A DNA stretch of 64,000 bases, taken from contig CAWBZV010000005.1 in the NCBI GenBank assembly GCA_963793305.1, positions 96,001-160,000 of the forward strand, written 5' to 3'. Made by a program: the position numbers and the translations under genes. The first letter of the stretch is position 1. The number at the start of each line of letters is the position of its first letter. This DNA comes from an uncultured Gemmatimonadales bacterium (GTDB taxonomy: Bacteria; Gemmatimonadota; Gemmatimonadetes; Gemmatimonadales; Gemmatimonadaceae). Positions 1 through 11,879 of the stretch are shown here, one piece after another. The notes under the pieces were generated by a model that was given only the letters and a program-made list of their open reading frames with translations, had not been told where the DNA came from and searched no databases.

Positions 1-1
1 C

Positions 2-871
2 ATCTTCAACGTCGCCGGCTTCCCCAGAATCTTAGCGAAGGACCTCATCAAGTCGCTCGCCGAGCAAGCCGCGCGGTTCCATCCTCACCAGAGCCCGTAC
101 TTTCTCAACCAACGCGTACACGCTCTGGAGGAAGACGGCGGGCACTTCACGCTCGTCACGGAGACGGATCGTTTTCCGTCCCGCTCGATCGTCATCGCCG
201 CCGGAATCGGGGCGTTTACTCCCCGCCGACTGCCTCAGCCGTTCGCCGAGAAGTGGTACGGCAAGGGTGTTTACGAGGTCGTGAGTGACCCCGAGGCGTT
301 TCGCGGCCAACGCGTCGTCATCATTGGTGGCGGCGACTCCGCGTTCGACTGGGCCACCCAGCTCCTCGGCAAAGCGGCGTCAGTCGCCCTCGTGCACCGT
401 AGCGATCGCTTTCGAGCACATGCCGCGACCGTGCGGGCGCTCCAATCAGCGGTCGAATCAGGCCGCGCGTCGCTCCACACGTTTCACGAGCTGAACGGCA
501 TCGGCGGCGACAACGGGCACCTGACCAGCGTGACTCTTCGCGACACCAAGGCAAAATCAACTCGCGAGATCCCGGCCGATGCCGTCCTGCCGATGCTCGG
601 CTATCACAGTGACATCGGCCCGCTCGCCGAGTGGGGCATGCACCTCGAGAACCACGAGATCGTCGTGACGAGCACGATGGAAACCGGCCGCCCTGGCATC
701 TATGCGGCCGGCGATATCACGACGTATCCCGGGAAGCTCAAGCTCATCGCGACGGGCTTCAGCGAGGCCGCGATCGCCGTCAACCAGGCGGTCCACTGGA
801 TCTACCCCGACAAGAAGGTCGCGCCGGGGCATAGCTCGAATATGGCGATATTCGGCCAGACGGATGACTAG
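2..871 (+). CDS. Ferredoxin--NADP(+) reductase, TrxB-like type 2; 5' end lies outside the window
   Basis: Frame is open from base 2 (IFNVAGFP...); NADPH motif GGGDSA, VHR, and GIYAAGDITTYPGKLKLIATG; no redox CxxC seen. Confidence 0.85.
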   Translation: MFNVAGFPRILAKDLIKSLAEQAARFHPHQSPYFLNQRVHALEEDGGHFTLVTETDRFPSRSIVIAAGIGAFTPRRLPQPFAEKWYGKGVYEVVSDPEAFRGQRVVIIGGGDSAFDWATQLLGKAASVALVHRSDRFRAHAATVRALQSAVESGRASLHTFHELNGIGGDNGHLTSVTLRDTKAKSTREIPADAVLPMLGYHSDIGPLAEWGMHLENHEIVVTSTMETGRPGIYAAGDITTYPGKLKLIATGFSEAAIAVNQAVHWIYPDKKVAPGHSSNMAIFGQTDD

Positions 872-936
872 TCGCCACTTCGTGGCCACTGGTCATCCGT
901 CTGTCGGGGCTGGGCGAAGATCCGTTGGATAAAAAC

Positions 937-1557
937 CTACCGCACGACTGACATCGCAAAACCGTCGTAGCCCTTGCTGCCGACGGTCTGGATGACAGTA
1001 GAGGCGACGCGCGGCTCGGCCGACAGTTGCTCGATGTACCGTCTCACCGCCTGCACGCGCGGATCGCCGTTGTCCGGATCCGCGACCTCGCCATCGCGCA
1101 CGACATTGTCGGCGATGATGACGGTCCCCGATCGCGAGAGCGCGAGCGACGCCGTCAGGTACTGCGGGTAGCTCTCTTTGTCCGCGTCAATGAAGATGAG
1201 ATCGAACGGCCCTTGCAGTGTCGTCAGCGTCTCCAACGCCGGCCCCAAACGAATCTCGACGGTCTTGCCGAATCCGGCGCGCTCGATGTTCGCCTTCGCC
1301 ACCGCCGCATGCTCCGGACTCACCTCCAGCGTAATCACGCTCGCGCCGCTGCGTGCGAGGCAGATCGTGCTGTACCCGCCGAGCGTGCCGATCTCCAGTA
1401 TGCGCTGCGCGCGAAGCGCGCGAGCGATGACAAACAAGAACTGCCCTTGCGGCGGAGAGACAGCGATCGCCGGCAGGTCGGCCGCGTCGAATCCGGGCGT
1501 CGCCGGCACCAGCAGCCCGCCGACGTAATTATCAACTGCGCTCCACGCATCAGTCAT
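937..1557 (-). CDS. O-methyltransferase (caffeoyl-CoA OMT / YrrM-like)
   Basis: ILEIGTLGGYST SAM motif, FDLIFIDADK, ADNV. Confidence 0.9.
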   Translation of the reverse strand: MTDAWSAVDNYVGGLLVPATPGFDAADLPAIAVSPPQGQFLFVIARALRAQRILEIGTLGGYSTICLARSGASVITLEVSPEHAAVAKANIERAGFGKTVEIRLGPALETLTTLQGPFDLIFIDADKESYPQYLTASLALSRSGTVIIADNVVRDGEVADPDNGDPRVQAVRRYIEQLSAEPRVASTVIQTVGSKGYDGFAMSVVR

Positions 1558-2512
1558 ATCGCACCCGCGGATCGGCGACCGCGTACAAGATGTCAGTGAT
1601 CAAATTCACGACGACAAAGACCACGCTGAGAAAGAGTACCGAGCCCTGAATGGCCGGAAGATCCCGCCGTGCGATGGCATTCACCACGTATCGCCCGAGC
1701 CCCGGCCAACTAAAGACGGTCTCGGTGAGAATAGATCCCGTGAGGTAATACCCGACGTCGAGTCCGAGCACGGTGATCACGGGAATGAGGGCCGGACGCA
1801 GGGCATGCCGCAATACCACGATGCGCTCCGGTATGCCTTTCGCCCGCGCGGTGCGAACATAATCGGCGCCGAGAGACTCGAGCACGGCCGATCGCGTCTG
1901 TCGCGCCAACACCGCTATGGAGCGTGTGCCGAGCGCGAGCGCCGGCAGGATCAGGTAAACGGGGTTCCCGTTCCCAAATCCCGATGGGGGCAGCCATCTC
2001 AGCGCAACCGCGAACACGAGGATGAGGACGAGCCCGACCCAATACACGGGAAACGAGATGCCGAGATACGCTCCGACCGATGCCAATCGGTCGATCCATG
2101 TATCCGCATACTTGGCCGAGAGGATGCCGAGCGGGATCCCAACGATGATCGCCAGCATCATGGCCGAGACCGCGAGGATCACCGTATTCGGAAACCGCTC
2201 CGCGATATCGCCCGTGATGGGTCGCCCCGTGATGTACGACGTGCCGAGATCCCCCCGCAGCACGCCGCCCGCGTAATAGGCAAACTGCCGGGGAAGAGAC
2301 TCGTTCAGGTGCAGCTCGGCCCGCAACCGCGCCACCGTCGCCGAGTCGGCCCGCTCCCCGACCATCTCTTGCACCGGATCGCCGGGCGCCACGTAGAGGA
2401 GCAGGAACGCGACCACCAGCACGCCGAATAGGGTGGGCACAGCGAGGGCCGCTCGCCGCAAGAGAAACGCGACCCTAATGCGCGATTTCGACGTCGGTCC
2501 AGCGCTGTGCAT
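1550..2512 (-). CDS. Peptide/nickel ABC transporter permease (DppB/OppB type); true start probably near 2460-2480
   Basis: PGDP N-terminal motif, DYVRTARAKG EAA loop, ETVFSWPGLG. Confidence 0.9.
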   Translation of the reverse strand: MHSAGPTSKSRIRVAFLLRRAALAVPTLFGVLVVAFLLLYVAPGDPVQEMVGERADSATVARLRAELHLNESLPRQFAYYAGGVLRGDLGTSYITGRPITGDIAERFPNTVILAVSAMMLAIIVGIPLGILSAKYADTWIDRLASVGAYLGISFPVYWVGLVLILVFAVALRWLPPSGFGNGNPVYLILPALALGTRSIAVLARQTRSAVLESLGADYVRTARAKGIPERIVVLRHALRPALIPVITVLGLDVGYYLTGSILTETVFSWPGLGRYVVNAIARRDLPAIQGSVLFLSVVFVVVNLITDILYAVADPRVRYD

Positions 2513-4031
2513 TGAATATCACGGGCGGCTGGAACCCTTTGAGCCACGGTTGCACGGCGTAGAGCTCATTGTAGAACACGAGAAACAACATGGGCGCTTG
2601 AGCGAACGCGATCGAGTCAGCCTGTCGGTACTGTTTTGTTCTGATCACCTCACTCGGCTGCCCCCGTGCGGCCGTGATCAGCTGATCGAACGCCGGGTTC
2701 GAGTAAAACGACACGTTGCCACCCTGACCCACATTGGCCGAGGCCAACAGCGGATACAAGAAATTCTCGGCGTCGATGTAGTCGGCGTACCAGTCTTTCA
2801 GGACGATGTCCGTCTTCCCATTGCGCGCCGCATCGCGCAACGAGTTGTTGTCCCGCTGCACGATGGTGGTTGTGATGCCGACGGCTGTGAGATACGCCTG
2901 GATCGCCTGCGCGACCTGCGGAAACGGTGGCTCCTGTCCGCACCACAGCTCCAACTTCACATCATGCGCGTGTCCAACCGCCGCCAGCAATTGCTTGGCC
3001 TTCGCGGGATCGTATGGATAAGGCGCCCGCGTCGTGTCCGCCCCGGGAAGTGATGGCGGAATGACCCCAGCCGCCAATCGCCCACGCCCCGCGAGCAGCT
3101 GATCGAGAATCTTCTTCCGGTCGACGGCATAGTTGATCGCTTGCCGCACCTCGACCGACGTGAGCGGCCCCCGCGTCGTGTTGAACGCCGCATAGATGAG
3201 CCGGAGCGGCGGCGGCGACTTGAGCAGCGCTTGGCGCTCGTCGGTCTGCTGCCATTGCTGCGTCTCGCTCTCTGGGACATAGAGCAAGTCGACCGTGCCG
3301 CTCTCGAACTCGGCGACCGCGGTACTCGGCTCCGGGATGATGCGCGCTTCGAGCGAGTCAGCCTTTGGCGGCCCGTCGAAATACGTCGGGTTCCGCGCGA
3401 GCCGAACATAATCGTCGTGCTTCCACTGGACGAACTTCCACGGACCAGTCCCGATCGGATGCTCGCTGAAATCGGTTCCCACACTCTCAGGCACGACTGC
3501 CGCAACAGGCATGGCGAGCAGCTTCGGAAACACCGCGAGTGGCTGGGCGAGCGTGATCGTCACCGTACTGTCATCGATCGCTTTCAGCCCCACTATCGCG
3601 GACGCCTTGCCGCTAGCGAACTCGCGTGCACCCGCGATCGGGTACAGCGGCCACAGGGGGATGCCTTTTGTTTGTGGATCCAACGCACGAGAGATGCTCG
3701 CGACGATGGTTCGCGCGCGCAGCGCGCGGCCATCGTGAAATCGTATATGTGATCGCAGATGGAACGTGTACGTCAGCGCATCGGTCGAGAGATCCCAACG
3801 CTCCGCGAGCCCTGGTTGTAGCGTCCCATCTGTTCCTACGCGCGTGAGGCCGTCGAAGAGATCGGCGACCAAGCGTCCACTGGGGATGTCGTTTGCGTGC
3901 GCGGGGTCGAGCGATTTCGGATCGTATCGGTCCCGAGAGTCGATCAACGTACGACGGGACGGATTCGCGTCCCCACCGCGGCAAGCGCCCAGCAGCACGC
4001 AGGCGAATAACACACGGGAAACCGTTGACAT
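2475..4031 (-). CDS. ABC transporter substrate-binding lipoprotein, family 5
   Basis: Lipobox LLGAC, SLDP, PGLAERW, FHDG, PIGTGPW, VRQAINYAVD. Confidence 0.9.
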   Translation of the reverse strand: MSTVSRVLFACVLLGACRGGDANPSRRTLIDSRDRYDPKSLDPAHANDIPSGRLVADLFDGLTRVGTDGTLQPGLAERWDLSTDALTYTFHLRSHIRFHDGRALRARTIVASISRALDPQTKGIPLWPLYPIAGAREFASGKASAIVGLKAIDDSTVTITLAQPLAVFPKLLAMPVAAVVPESVGTDFSEHPIGTGPWKFVQWKHDDYVRLARNPTYFDGPPKADSLEARIIPEPSTAVAEFESGTVDLLYVPESETQQWQQTDERQALLKSPPPLRLIYAAFNTTRGPLTSVEVRQAINYAVDRKKILDQLLAGRGRLAAGVIPPSLPGADTTRAPYPYDPAKAKQLLAAVGHAHDVKLELWCGQEPPFPQVAQAIQAYLTAVGITTTIVQRDNNSLRDAARNGKTDIVLKDWYADYIDAENFLYPLLASANVGQGGNVSFYSNPAFDQLITAARGQPSEVIRTKQYRQADSIAFAQAPMLFLVFYNELYAVQPWLKGFQPPVIFNAQRWTDVEIAH

Positions 4032-4083
4032 AAGGGGGGGCGCAGCGAGAACTTACGCCTCGGATACCCATGCGTCAATCGCT

Positions 4084-5004
4084 TTGAGTTACATCCTGTA
4101 CGCCGACGACCACGAGGACATGCGCCTGATGGTCCGCGCGCTCCTTGCGTCGGCGGGACATGAAGTCTCCCTAGTGGCCGATGGCCGGGCTGCGCTCGAT
4201 GCGTTACAGGAGCGCGAGCCAGACTTGTTGTTACTCGATGTCATGATGCCGAGGCTTTCAGGACTCGAGGCCTGCCGGGCCGTAAAGTCCAACCCGTTCA
4301 CGGCCCGCATCCCCATTCTGATGCTGACGGCCGAAGGGGAGATCGAGAGCAAGGTCGAGGGGTTCGAAGCGGGCGCCGATGATTATCTGGCCAAGCCCTT
4401 TGATCCCCGCGAGCTCCGCGCGCGCGTCGGCTCGCTCCTCCGGCTCGTGCGCCGGGAAGCCGATCGCAACCCCACCAGTGGCCTTCCGGGCGGTCGCGCA
4501 ATCGAAGAAGAGATTCTGCGTCGCATTGGCCGCGATGACACCTTCGCGGTGTGCTACCTCGACATCGATTATTTCAAGCCGTTCGCTGATACGTTCGGAT
4601 TTGCCGCGGCCGATGCGGTCATCAAGGACACGGCGACCGCCATTGTTGATGCCGTAGCGGCGCATGGCGAGGCGCAGGATTTCGTTGGTCACGTGGGCGG
4701 CGATGATTTTCTCATCGTGACCGATGAGGCACGCGCGGAAACGGTGCTCCGGGACAGCACGCGGCGCTTCCGCGAGGTGATCGAGCGGGTCGTGGGTTAC
4801 GAAGCGCTCGAACGGGGCGCCTTCCCGGGCGTCGATCGCGACGGCACCATCAAGCGCTTTCCGATCGCCCGGATGTCGGCCGCCGTCGTGACCGTCCGAC
4901 CCGAGGAATGGGTCTCCATTGGTCACCTGGGCGCGCTCGCCGCCGATGCCAAGCGGCGCGCCAAGCAGCAGGGAGCAGGGACGATCCTCGTCAACGCCGT
5001 GTAG
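4084..5004 (+). CDS. Response regulator-diguanylate cyclase (REC + GGDEF)
   Basis: TTG start; ADD...LLDVMMP...KPF receiver; LDIDYFK and GHVGGDDF. Confidence 0.85.
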   Translation: MSYILYADDHEDMRLMVRALLASAGHEVSLVADGRAALDALQEREPDLLLLDVMMPRLSGLEACRAVKSNPFTARIPILMLTAEGEIESKVEGFEAGADDYLAKPFDPRELRARVGSLLRLVRREADRNPTSGLPGGRAIEEEILRRIGRDDTFAVCYLDIDYFKPFADTFGFAAADAVIKDTATAIVDAVAAHGEAQDFVGHVGGDDFLIVTDEARAETVLRDSTRRFREVIERVVGYEALERGAFPGVDRDGTIKRFPIARMSAAVVTVRPEEWVSIGHLGALAADAKRRAKQQGAGTILVNAV

Positions 5005-5007
5005 GCG

Positions 5008-7368
5008 TTGGGTCGGCTCGTGATCGCGGCACCGAGCGCGCGGCTGTTGTCTCTCGCCGTCGCCGCGCTCCTGTTGGCGGCCGGCCCCGCGTTCGCGCAG
5101 AGCGAACGATGCGGCGCGACCGATCCCGAAGTCGGCTGGCTCCGCTTCAGCGGCAACGTCTCGTTCGACGCCGACGAGCTGGGAAACGCCATTGTCACGA
5201 CGTCATCCAGCTGGGCGCGCCGCGCGTTCCGATTCATCGGGACGCGCCGTTGCCTCGACGCCGACGAGTTCGCCCGTGACCGCGTCCGCCTCGAAATCTT
5301 CTACCGTAAGCACGGGTACCGTCAGGCGACGGTCGACACACTCGTCCGTGCGCTCCGCCCCGGCGTCGTCGGCGTGGCGTTCACGATACACGAAGGGCTG
5401 CCAGTGGTGATCGATTCGCTGACGGTCGACGGGTTCAACTCGGTCCGCAAGGCGCTCGCCGATACGTCGCATCTCCCGATCCGGCCCCGCCTCCCGGGTC
5501 ATCGCATCGCGCGCAACAACGTGTTCGATCAGTACGCGATCGACGCCACCCGCGATCTCATCGTCCGGCGACTGCAAGCCAGCGGCTACCCGTTCGCCCA
5601 GGTCCTCGTCAACAGCGACGTCAACACCGCGAAGCGCTCGGCGTGGGTCGGCTTCACGGCCGTCACCGGCCCGTACGCGCGCATCCGCTCAGTGCATATC
5701 GATGCACACTCGGCGCGCGGCGCGAAGCCAGCGATCCCGGACGCCGTCGCCCGGCATCTGAGCGGCCTCGACTCCGGCGCCGCGTACAGCGTCACCGACC
5801 TCCAGCGCGCCCAACGCAATCTCTTCGAGACCGGCGCCTATCGCCGCGTCAGCTACGACATCTCGCCCGACACGGTGCCAACGAGCGTCGCGGGGGGCGT
5901 CGACACGGCCCTCGTCGACATCACGCTCCGGATGCAAGAAGACTACATGCACAACGCGCGAGTCGGCGCCGGCTGGGGCACGCTCGACTGTTTCCGCGTT
6001 CAGGGCCAGTACACCGATCGCAATTTCCTCGACGGGGCCCGCGACTTCGAGCTCTCGGCGCGCGTATCGAAGATCGGCATCGCCGACCCGTTCAGCGGCC
6101 TGTCGAAGTCGCTGTGCGCGCCCGCCCGCGGCGACGTGTACGCGGACTCCTTGAACTACAACGTCTCGGCCACGTTCAGGCAGGCCGAGCTGTTCGGCGC
6201 CCGCCTGTATCCGCAGCTCTCGATCTACAGCGAGCGCCGGTCCGAGTACGATGCCTACGTGCGATCGACGCCGATCGGCGCCACCGCGTCCCTGACCCGG
6301 AATCTTGGCTGGCTCGTGACGATCGCGCCCCAATATACCCTGCAGTATGGACGGACCTCGGCCTCACCCGCGCTACTCTGCGCTTTGTTCAATCTCTGCG
6401 CGGAAGCCGACCAGGCCCGCGTGCAGCGCGAAGGCGTGCTGAGCCAGCTCGGTCTGACGATGACACGCGACGGACGCGACGACCCTGTTTTCCCGCACCA
6501 TGGGACGTTCGTCACCGGGAGCATCACGCACTCGGGGCCCGAGCTCGGCTCACTCACGGAATTTCAATTCACGAAGGTGACCGGCGAAGCCCGCTGGTAC
6601 AGCGAGATCGGCCATTCGGGCGCCGTTTTTGGCGCGCGGATCCTGGCCGGCAGGATCTTCGGCACTGGCAATGCCGCCAACGGCATCTCGTTCGTGCCGC
6701 TCGATGAGCGCCTCTATGCCGGCGGGCCGACCACCGTTCGCGGCTTCCCGCAGAACCAGCTCGGGCCGGCCGTCTACCTGACGCAGTACATCGACTCGAC
6801 CTGCACCGTGACCGGGACGACGCACTGCGCAAACCCCCGGTACAGCCATATCATCACCGGCCGTCCGGTATTCGTCGTGCCGACCGGCGGCAATACCAGC
6901 GTCGTCGGGAACGCCGAGCTCCGACTCAAGAGCCCGGTCCTGCCGCAGTACGTGGGCTGGACGCTGTTCGTCGACGCCGGGCGCGTGTCGCCGCCGCCCA
7001 CGGGCGCGGCCAAGCTCGATTCGACGTTCCGAAAGCTGTTCTGGACCCCCGGTGTTGGCGTCCAAGTCTTCACGCCGATCGGACCGGTGCGCCTCGATGT
7101 GGGGTATGATCCGACGCAGCGTCCCTACGGCCCCGCGTATTACGCGGTGCCGTCCTCCGCCATCACCAAGTCGATATATCAGTCCCAAGCGCCCGTGCTC
7201 TGCGTGAGTCCGGGCAATACTGGAGTGATCACCACCGATTCGGTGACCACCGTTCCCGCGCAGACGTTCCCAAAGAGCGGGTCGTGTCCCGCGAGCTACC
7301 AGCCAGCGATCCAGCACGGATTCTTGAATCACCTTACGTTGAACTTCTCTATCGGCGAAGCCTTCTAG
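5008..7368 (+). CDS. Omp85/BamA-TamA family outer-membrane protein
   Basis: Signal peptide, POTRA-like segments, YAGGPTTVRGF lid-lock motif, TPIGPVRLDVG, C-terminal SIGEAF. Confidence 0.88.
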   Translation: MGRLVIAAPSARLLSLAVAALLLAAGPAFAQSERCGATDPEVGWLRFSGNVSFDADELGNAIVTTSSSWARRAFRFIGTRRCLDADEFARDRVRLEIFYRKHGYRQATVDTLVRALRPGVVGVAFTIHEGLPVVIDSLTVDGFNSVRKALADTSHLPIRPRLPGHRIARNNVFDQYAIDATRDLIVRRLQASGYPFAQVLVNSDVNTAKRSAWVGFTAVTGPYARIRSVHIDAHSARGAKPAIPDAVARHLSGLDSGAAYSVTDLQRAQRNLFETGAYRRVSYDISPDTVPTSVAGGVDTALVDITLRMQEDYMHNARVGAGWGTLDCFRVQGQYTDRNFLDGARDFELSARVSKIGIADPFSGLSKSLCAPARGDVYADSLNYNVSATFRQAELFGARLYPQLSIYSERRSEYDAYVRSTPIGATASLTRNLGWLVTIAPQYTLQYGRTSASPALLCALFNLCAEADQARVQREGVLSQLGLTMTRDGRDDPVFPHHGTFVTGSITHSGPELGSLTEFQFTKVTGEARWYSEIGHSGAVFGARILAGRIFGTGNAANGISFVPLDERLYAGGPTTVRGFPQNQLGPAVYLTQYIDSTCTVTGTTHCANPRYSHIITGRPVFVVPTGGNTSVVGNAELRLKSPVLPQYVGWTLFVDAGRVSPPPTGAAKLDSTFRKLFWTPGVGVQVFTPIGPVRLDVGYDPTQRPYGPAYYAVPSSAITKSIYQSQAPVLCVSPGNTGVITTDSVTTVPAQTFPKSGSCPASYQPAIQHGFLNHLTLNFSIGEAF

Positions 7369-7372
7369 CCGC

Positions 7373-10300
7373 ATGACCGTCCCTGTCCGCCGCCGCGTCG
7401 TCGTTGCCCTGAGCGCGTTGATTCTCTTCGCGCTCGGCCTCGTCGTGGCCGCGGTCGGCGTCTCGGTCACCCAGACCGCGTGGGGTCGCGAGCAGATCCG
7501 CCGCATCATCGTCGCGCGCCTGCGGTCGGCCATCCATGGCCGCCTCTACGTGGGCCGCCTGGGCGGCAACCTGTTCACGAACATCGAGCTCGACTCGGTC
7601 GAGATCCGCGATCCCGAAGGGCGCCTCTTCTTCTCGGCCGGTCGGCTCTACGCCGAGTTCGACCCGCGCGACCTCGTCGACCAGCGCATTCTGCTGCAGC
7701 GCCTCGAGATCGAGCACCCGGTCGTGCGCATCGTGAAGTACCGGAAGACGGGCTGGAACTACAAGGAGATCTTCCCGGCCCCGCCCACGCCGCGCCGCAA
7801 GCTGCCACACGTCCGTGGGTTCGGCGACTACATCGTCGCCCAGAATACGAGGGTCCACGATGCATTCGATCGAGTACATCGAGCCGTGGGACCCGGACGA
7901 CTCGCTGCACGGCGCTCGGCGAGACAGCGCGATCAAGGCCCAGTTGGCGAAGCCGGATAGCAACGTCCGACAGTGGGGGTTCCCGGACGGGCTGATGCAC
8001 GCGTTTCGCTGGCGGCACAGCAGCGTCAAAGCCCACTATGTGCGGATCGCCGAGCCCGATACGGCAGGGCTGTACTTCGCGGTCGACACCGTGTCGAGCG
8101 ACGAGTCCGAGCCGAAGTTCAAGTTCCGAAATATTCGCGGCACCGCCCGGGTCAAGGGTGACTCGCTCTGGCTCAGCTTCCCGCACTTCGAGTTACCCGG
8201 CAGTGCCGGCCGCGCCGCGGGTGAATTGATCTTCGGTGGCGGCCAGCCCGTCCGCATCACCTTGCACGCGGTCGCCGATACGGCATCCCTCAACGACATC
8301 GCGTGGGTCTACCCGACGCTCCCCACACAGGGCGGTGGCTCGGTCACCGTCGATATCAAGAGTCACTCGGATCCGCACCTGATCGACTACACGCTGTCGA
8401 GAATGGACGTCAGCACCACCAAATCACGGTTCCGTGGCGCGATGACATTCACCGTCGGCGGGCAGTATCTCGGGGTTCGCAACATGTCGATCCGGGCTAC
8501 CCCGCTCGACTTCGCGTTTATTCGTCAGCTCTCGGGCCAGCCGTTCCCGGTCGACTACCAGGGGCAATTCACTGGAACCGTCTACGCGAAGGGCGGGCAG
8601 CTCAACGATTTCCTCGCCGACAGCATTCGCATGACGTTCGCCGATGCCCACGTGCCGGGCGCGATGTCTCAGTTCACGGGTCACGGGCTGCTGGACATTC
8701 ACGATCCGCAGGTCACGCGATTTCACGCGTTCCAGCTGAACGTCGGCCGCTTGGATCTCCGCACGTTGCAATTTCTCTATCCGGAATTTCCACGGTTAAA
8801 CGGCATAGTCGTTGGCCACGCTGTCCTGGACTCGCTCTGGGATGACATCCGATTGCGCGATGCTGACCTGACGCAAATCGACGGCCCTGACGAACCGACA
8901 CGCGCCACCGGAGGTGGGCGCGTCACGTTCGCCGATTCGAACGTACGCTATGACCTCGCGATGCAATTCGACCAGCTGTCCTTCGCGACGCTCCTGAGAT
9001 CGTACCCGGGCGCGTGGTTCCGCGGATCGTTCACGGGCCCGCTCAAGATGAAGGGCACGCTTGACGACCTCGATCTCTCGGCCGATTGGACGAGCGACGC
9101 GGGAGAAGTGAGCACGACGGGTCACTTCAACATCCTCGGCCCCGTGTTCGAGGCGAACGGGACGATGACGCTGACCAATGTCGATCTGCCGGTGCTGTTC
9201 GGCCGGCCCGCGGTACCGCATACGGATCTGACGCTCACGGCGCAGGGAGACATCGCGGGCGACTCGCTCCCACACATGCTCGGATCGCTCAAGCTGACGA
9301 TGGCCCGCTCGACGATCGACAGCGTTGCCGCGGACACGGGCCGCGCGACGCTCGGGTTCGGCGGTGGGACAATGCACATCGACTCGCTGCACGCCCAGAC
9401 CGCGGTCGCCGCGCTCGCCGCGCAGGGAGCCCTCGGCCTCGAATCGGGCCACCACGACTCGACCGCCTTCACGCTGTCCTTCGACTCCCTCGGCGCTCTC
9501 CGCCGCTACATGCCGGATGACACCGTGCACGGCGCGGCCCAGGTCAGCGGCATCCTCGCCGGTTGGCTCGACTCACTGACGGCAAAGGGCCGCGTCGATG
9601 CCACCGACCTGCGATACGGTCGCAACCGCGTGCACGGGGCCCAAGCGACATTCGACGTCGCCGGGCTCCCTCGCAACGCGTCGGGTACCGTCACGGTATC
9701 GCTCGATACGTTGCGGCTCTCGGGTATCGCGCTGGAGCAGGTGGTCGGCGAGGCGCGAATAGCCCACGGCCAGGAAACGCACGCGACCATGCACGCCGTG
9801 AGCGAGAGCGGACCAACGGCTGATGCCGGCGGCACAGTCATTGTGCACGGCGACACGACCGAGATGGTGCTCGACTCCTTGGCGCTGCGCACGCCCGGGA
9901 ATGACTGGCACCTCGATCATCCGGCTCACCTACGGAACGATCGGTCCGGCATGACCCTCGACTCCGTCGTCGCGCGCGGCGCGGTCGCCGGGTGGATCGC
10001 GGCCAAGGCCAAGCTGCCGCCCTCGGGGATGGTGGCGATTCACGTCAGCGGCGACAGCATTCCGCTGGCGGACCTCGGCGCGCTCGCCCAATCGCTCGAT
10101 CAGGCAGGCGGGACGGCCGGGTTCGACCTGAATATCGCCAACACACGTCAGAGCCCGATCATGCGGTTCACGGCGCGTCTCAAGAATGCCCGGCTCGGCG
10201 AGGTCGGTCTCGACGAGATCCTCACGGACGGCCATTACCGCAACCACCAGCTCGATCTGCACACCGATTTCGTGCAATACGGCGACACGGCGCTGCATGT

Positions 10301-11874
10301 GCACGTCTACTTGCCCGTGGATCTGGCCCTGGAGAACATCGGACTGCGCACGCTGGACGACTCATTGCGGGGCGAGCTGCGGTCCGACAGCGCGAAGCTG
10401 TCCACGATTCTCGGTGTGCTGCCCGACGTCAGCGACCCGAGCGGCTGGTTCACGGCCAACGTCGATCTTGGCGGCACCTGGCGCCACCCCACGCTCGACG
10501 GTCAGGTTCGCGTCGTCGATGGCGCGCTCGGCTTGGCGAACCTCGGCGTTCGCTGGAATAGTCTGAACGCGAGGCTCGACCTGAATGGCGACAGCCTGTC
10601 GCTGTCTCGGGTCTCGCTCGCCACCGAGGAAAACGATCGCCGCGGTGTGGCCATGCTCGGCGGTTGGATCACCTTCGCGGACCTCGACAACCCGAAATTC
10701 GATGTCTGGCTGCGCGCCGAGCACCTGCACGTGATCGATCGCCTACGCCTCGCCAATCTCACCGCCTCGACAAAGACGAGTTATGGCTCCATCGACACGC
10801 TCCGCCTGCGCGGCTCCGAGCAATCGTCCGAGCTCACCGGCACCGTGGTCGTTGATCAGGGCAGCATCTTCCTGCCGGATTTCAACAAAAAGCAGATCGT
10901 GAATCTCGACGACCCGGAGCTCTACAACCTCGTCGACACGTCGCTGTTGGTGAATCGCCGGCTGTTGCCCAACGGTCCGCCCAAACTCGTCGCCGGCCTG
11001 AACCTCAAGAACGTCTCGATCGACCTGGGTACCGATACATGGCTCAAGTCGACCGAAGCGAACATCAATTTGAACGGCACGGTCGACGTGACGACGGCTC
11101 GCTTGCCGCGGGACACGACGCGAGCGCTGGCGCTCACGGGCGCCGTCAGCGCGACGCGTGGTTCGTATGTGCTCAATCTCGGCCTCGTCCAACGCACATT
11201 CACCGTGGAGCAAGCCGGCACGATCACGTTCACCGGTGAGCCCGAGTTCAACCCGCAGCTCGACATCACGGCCGTGAACATCGTGCACCCCTCGGGCCAG
11301 TCGGCGCAGTACGTCAGGCCTGAGTTGAGAATCCAGGTGCATCTGGGCGGCACGCTGGACCATCTCCAACTGGGGCTGTCGAGCGCCGACAGCTTGCCCC
11401 AGTCCGATCTCATCAGTTACCTCGTGAGCGGGGTTCCGTCATACGAACTGAACCAGGCCAACAGTGGGGCACTGGCGACGTTCGATCGTGCTCCCGACCA
11501 TCGGGTCGGCGGTCGGCAGCCGGTTGACTGGTGGGCTCTTCGACACATTCCAAGTGCAAACGTACGGGTACCAACAGGGCCGCGTCGCGGCACCGTCGGC
11601 CTTTTCCCAAGCGCGCATCGGGGCCGGAAAGCAGGTCGGCCCAGATACGTTTATTAGTGCTGACTACGGCTTTTGCTCGGGCAGCCAGGGTGCCAACCCC
11701 GGCTATCAGCTGGGTGTTCGCGTGGACCAGCGTCTGACGCGCCAGTTGTCTTTGTCCGCGGCCTCGTCTCCTGGGACGACATATGCCTATTGCACGGGCT
11801 CGGGTGGCTACTCGGGATTCATTCCCACCCCCCGGCAATACGGGCTCGATCTCTTTCGCTCCTGGAGTTTCTGA
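7373..11874 (+). CDS. TamB-like translocation/assembly module protein; two apparent +1 frameshifts (~7865, ~11481)
   Basis: Three overlapping ORFs (7373-7960, 7815-11657, 11464-11874) join into one ~1500 aa beta-rich protein with N-terminal TM anchor; directly follows the Omp85 gene; ends RSWSF. Confidence 0.8.
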
Positions 11875-11879
11875 ATAAA

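Noticed and set aside
4034..4040. G7 homopolymer as a phase-variation tract upstream of the binding-protein gene
   Set aside because: Short, intergenic and single; no supporting evidence
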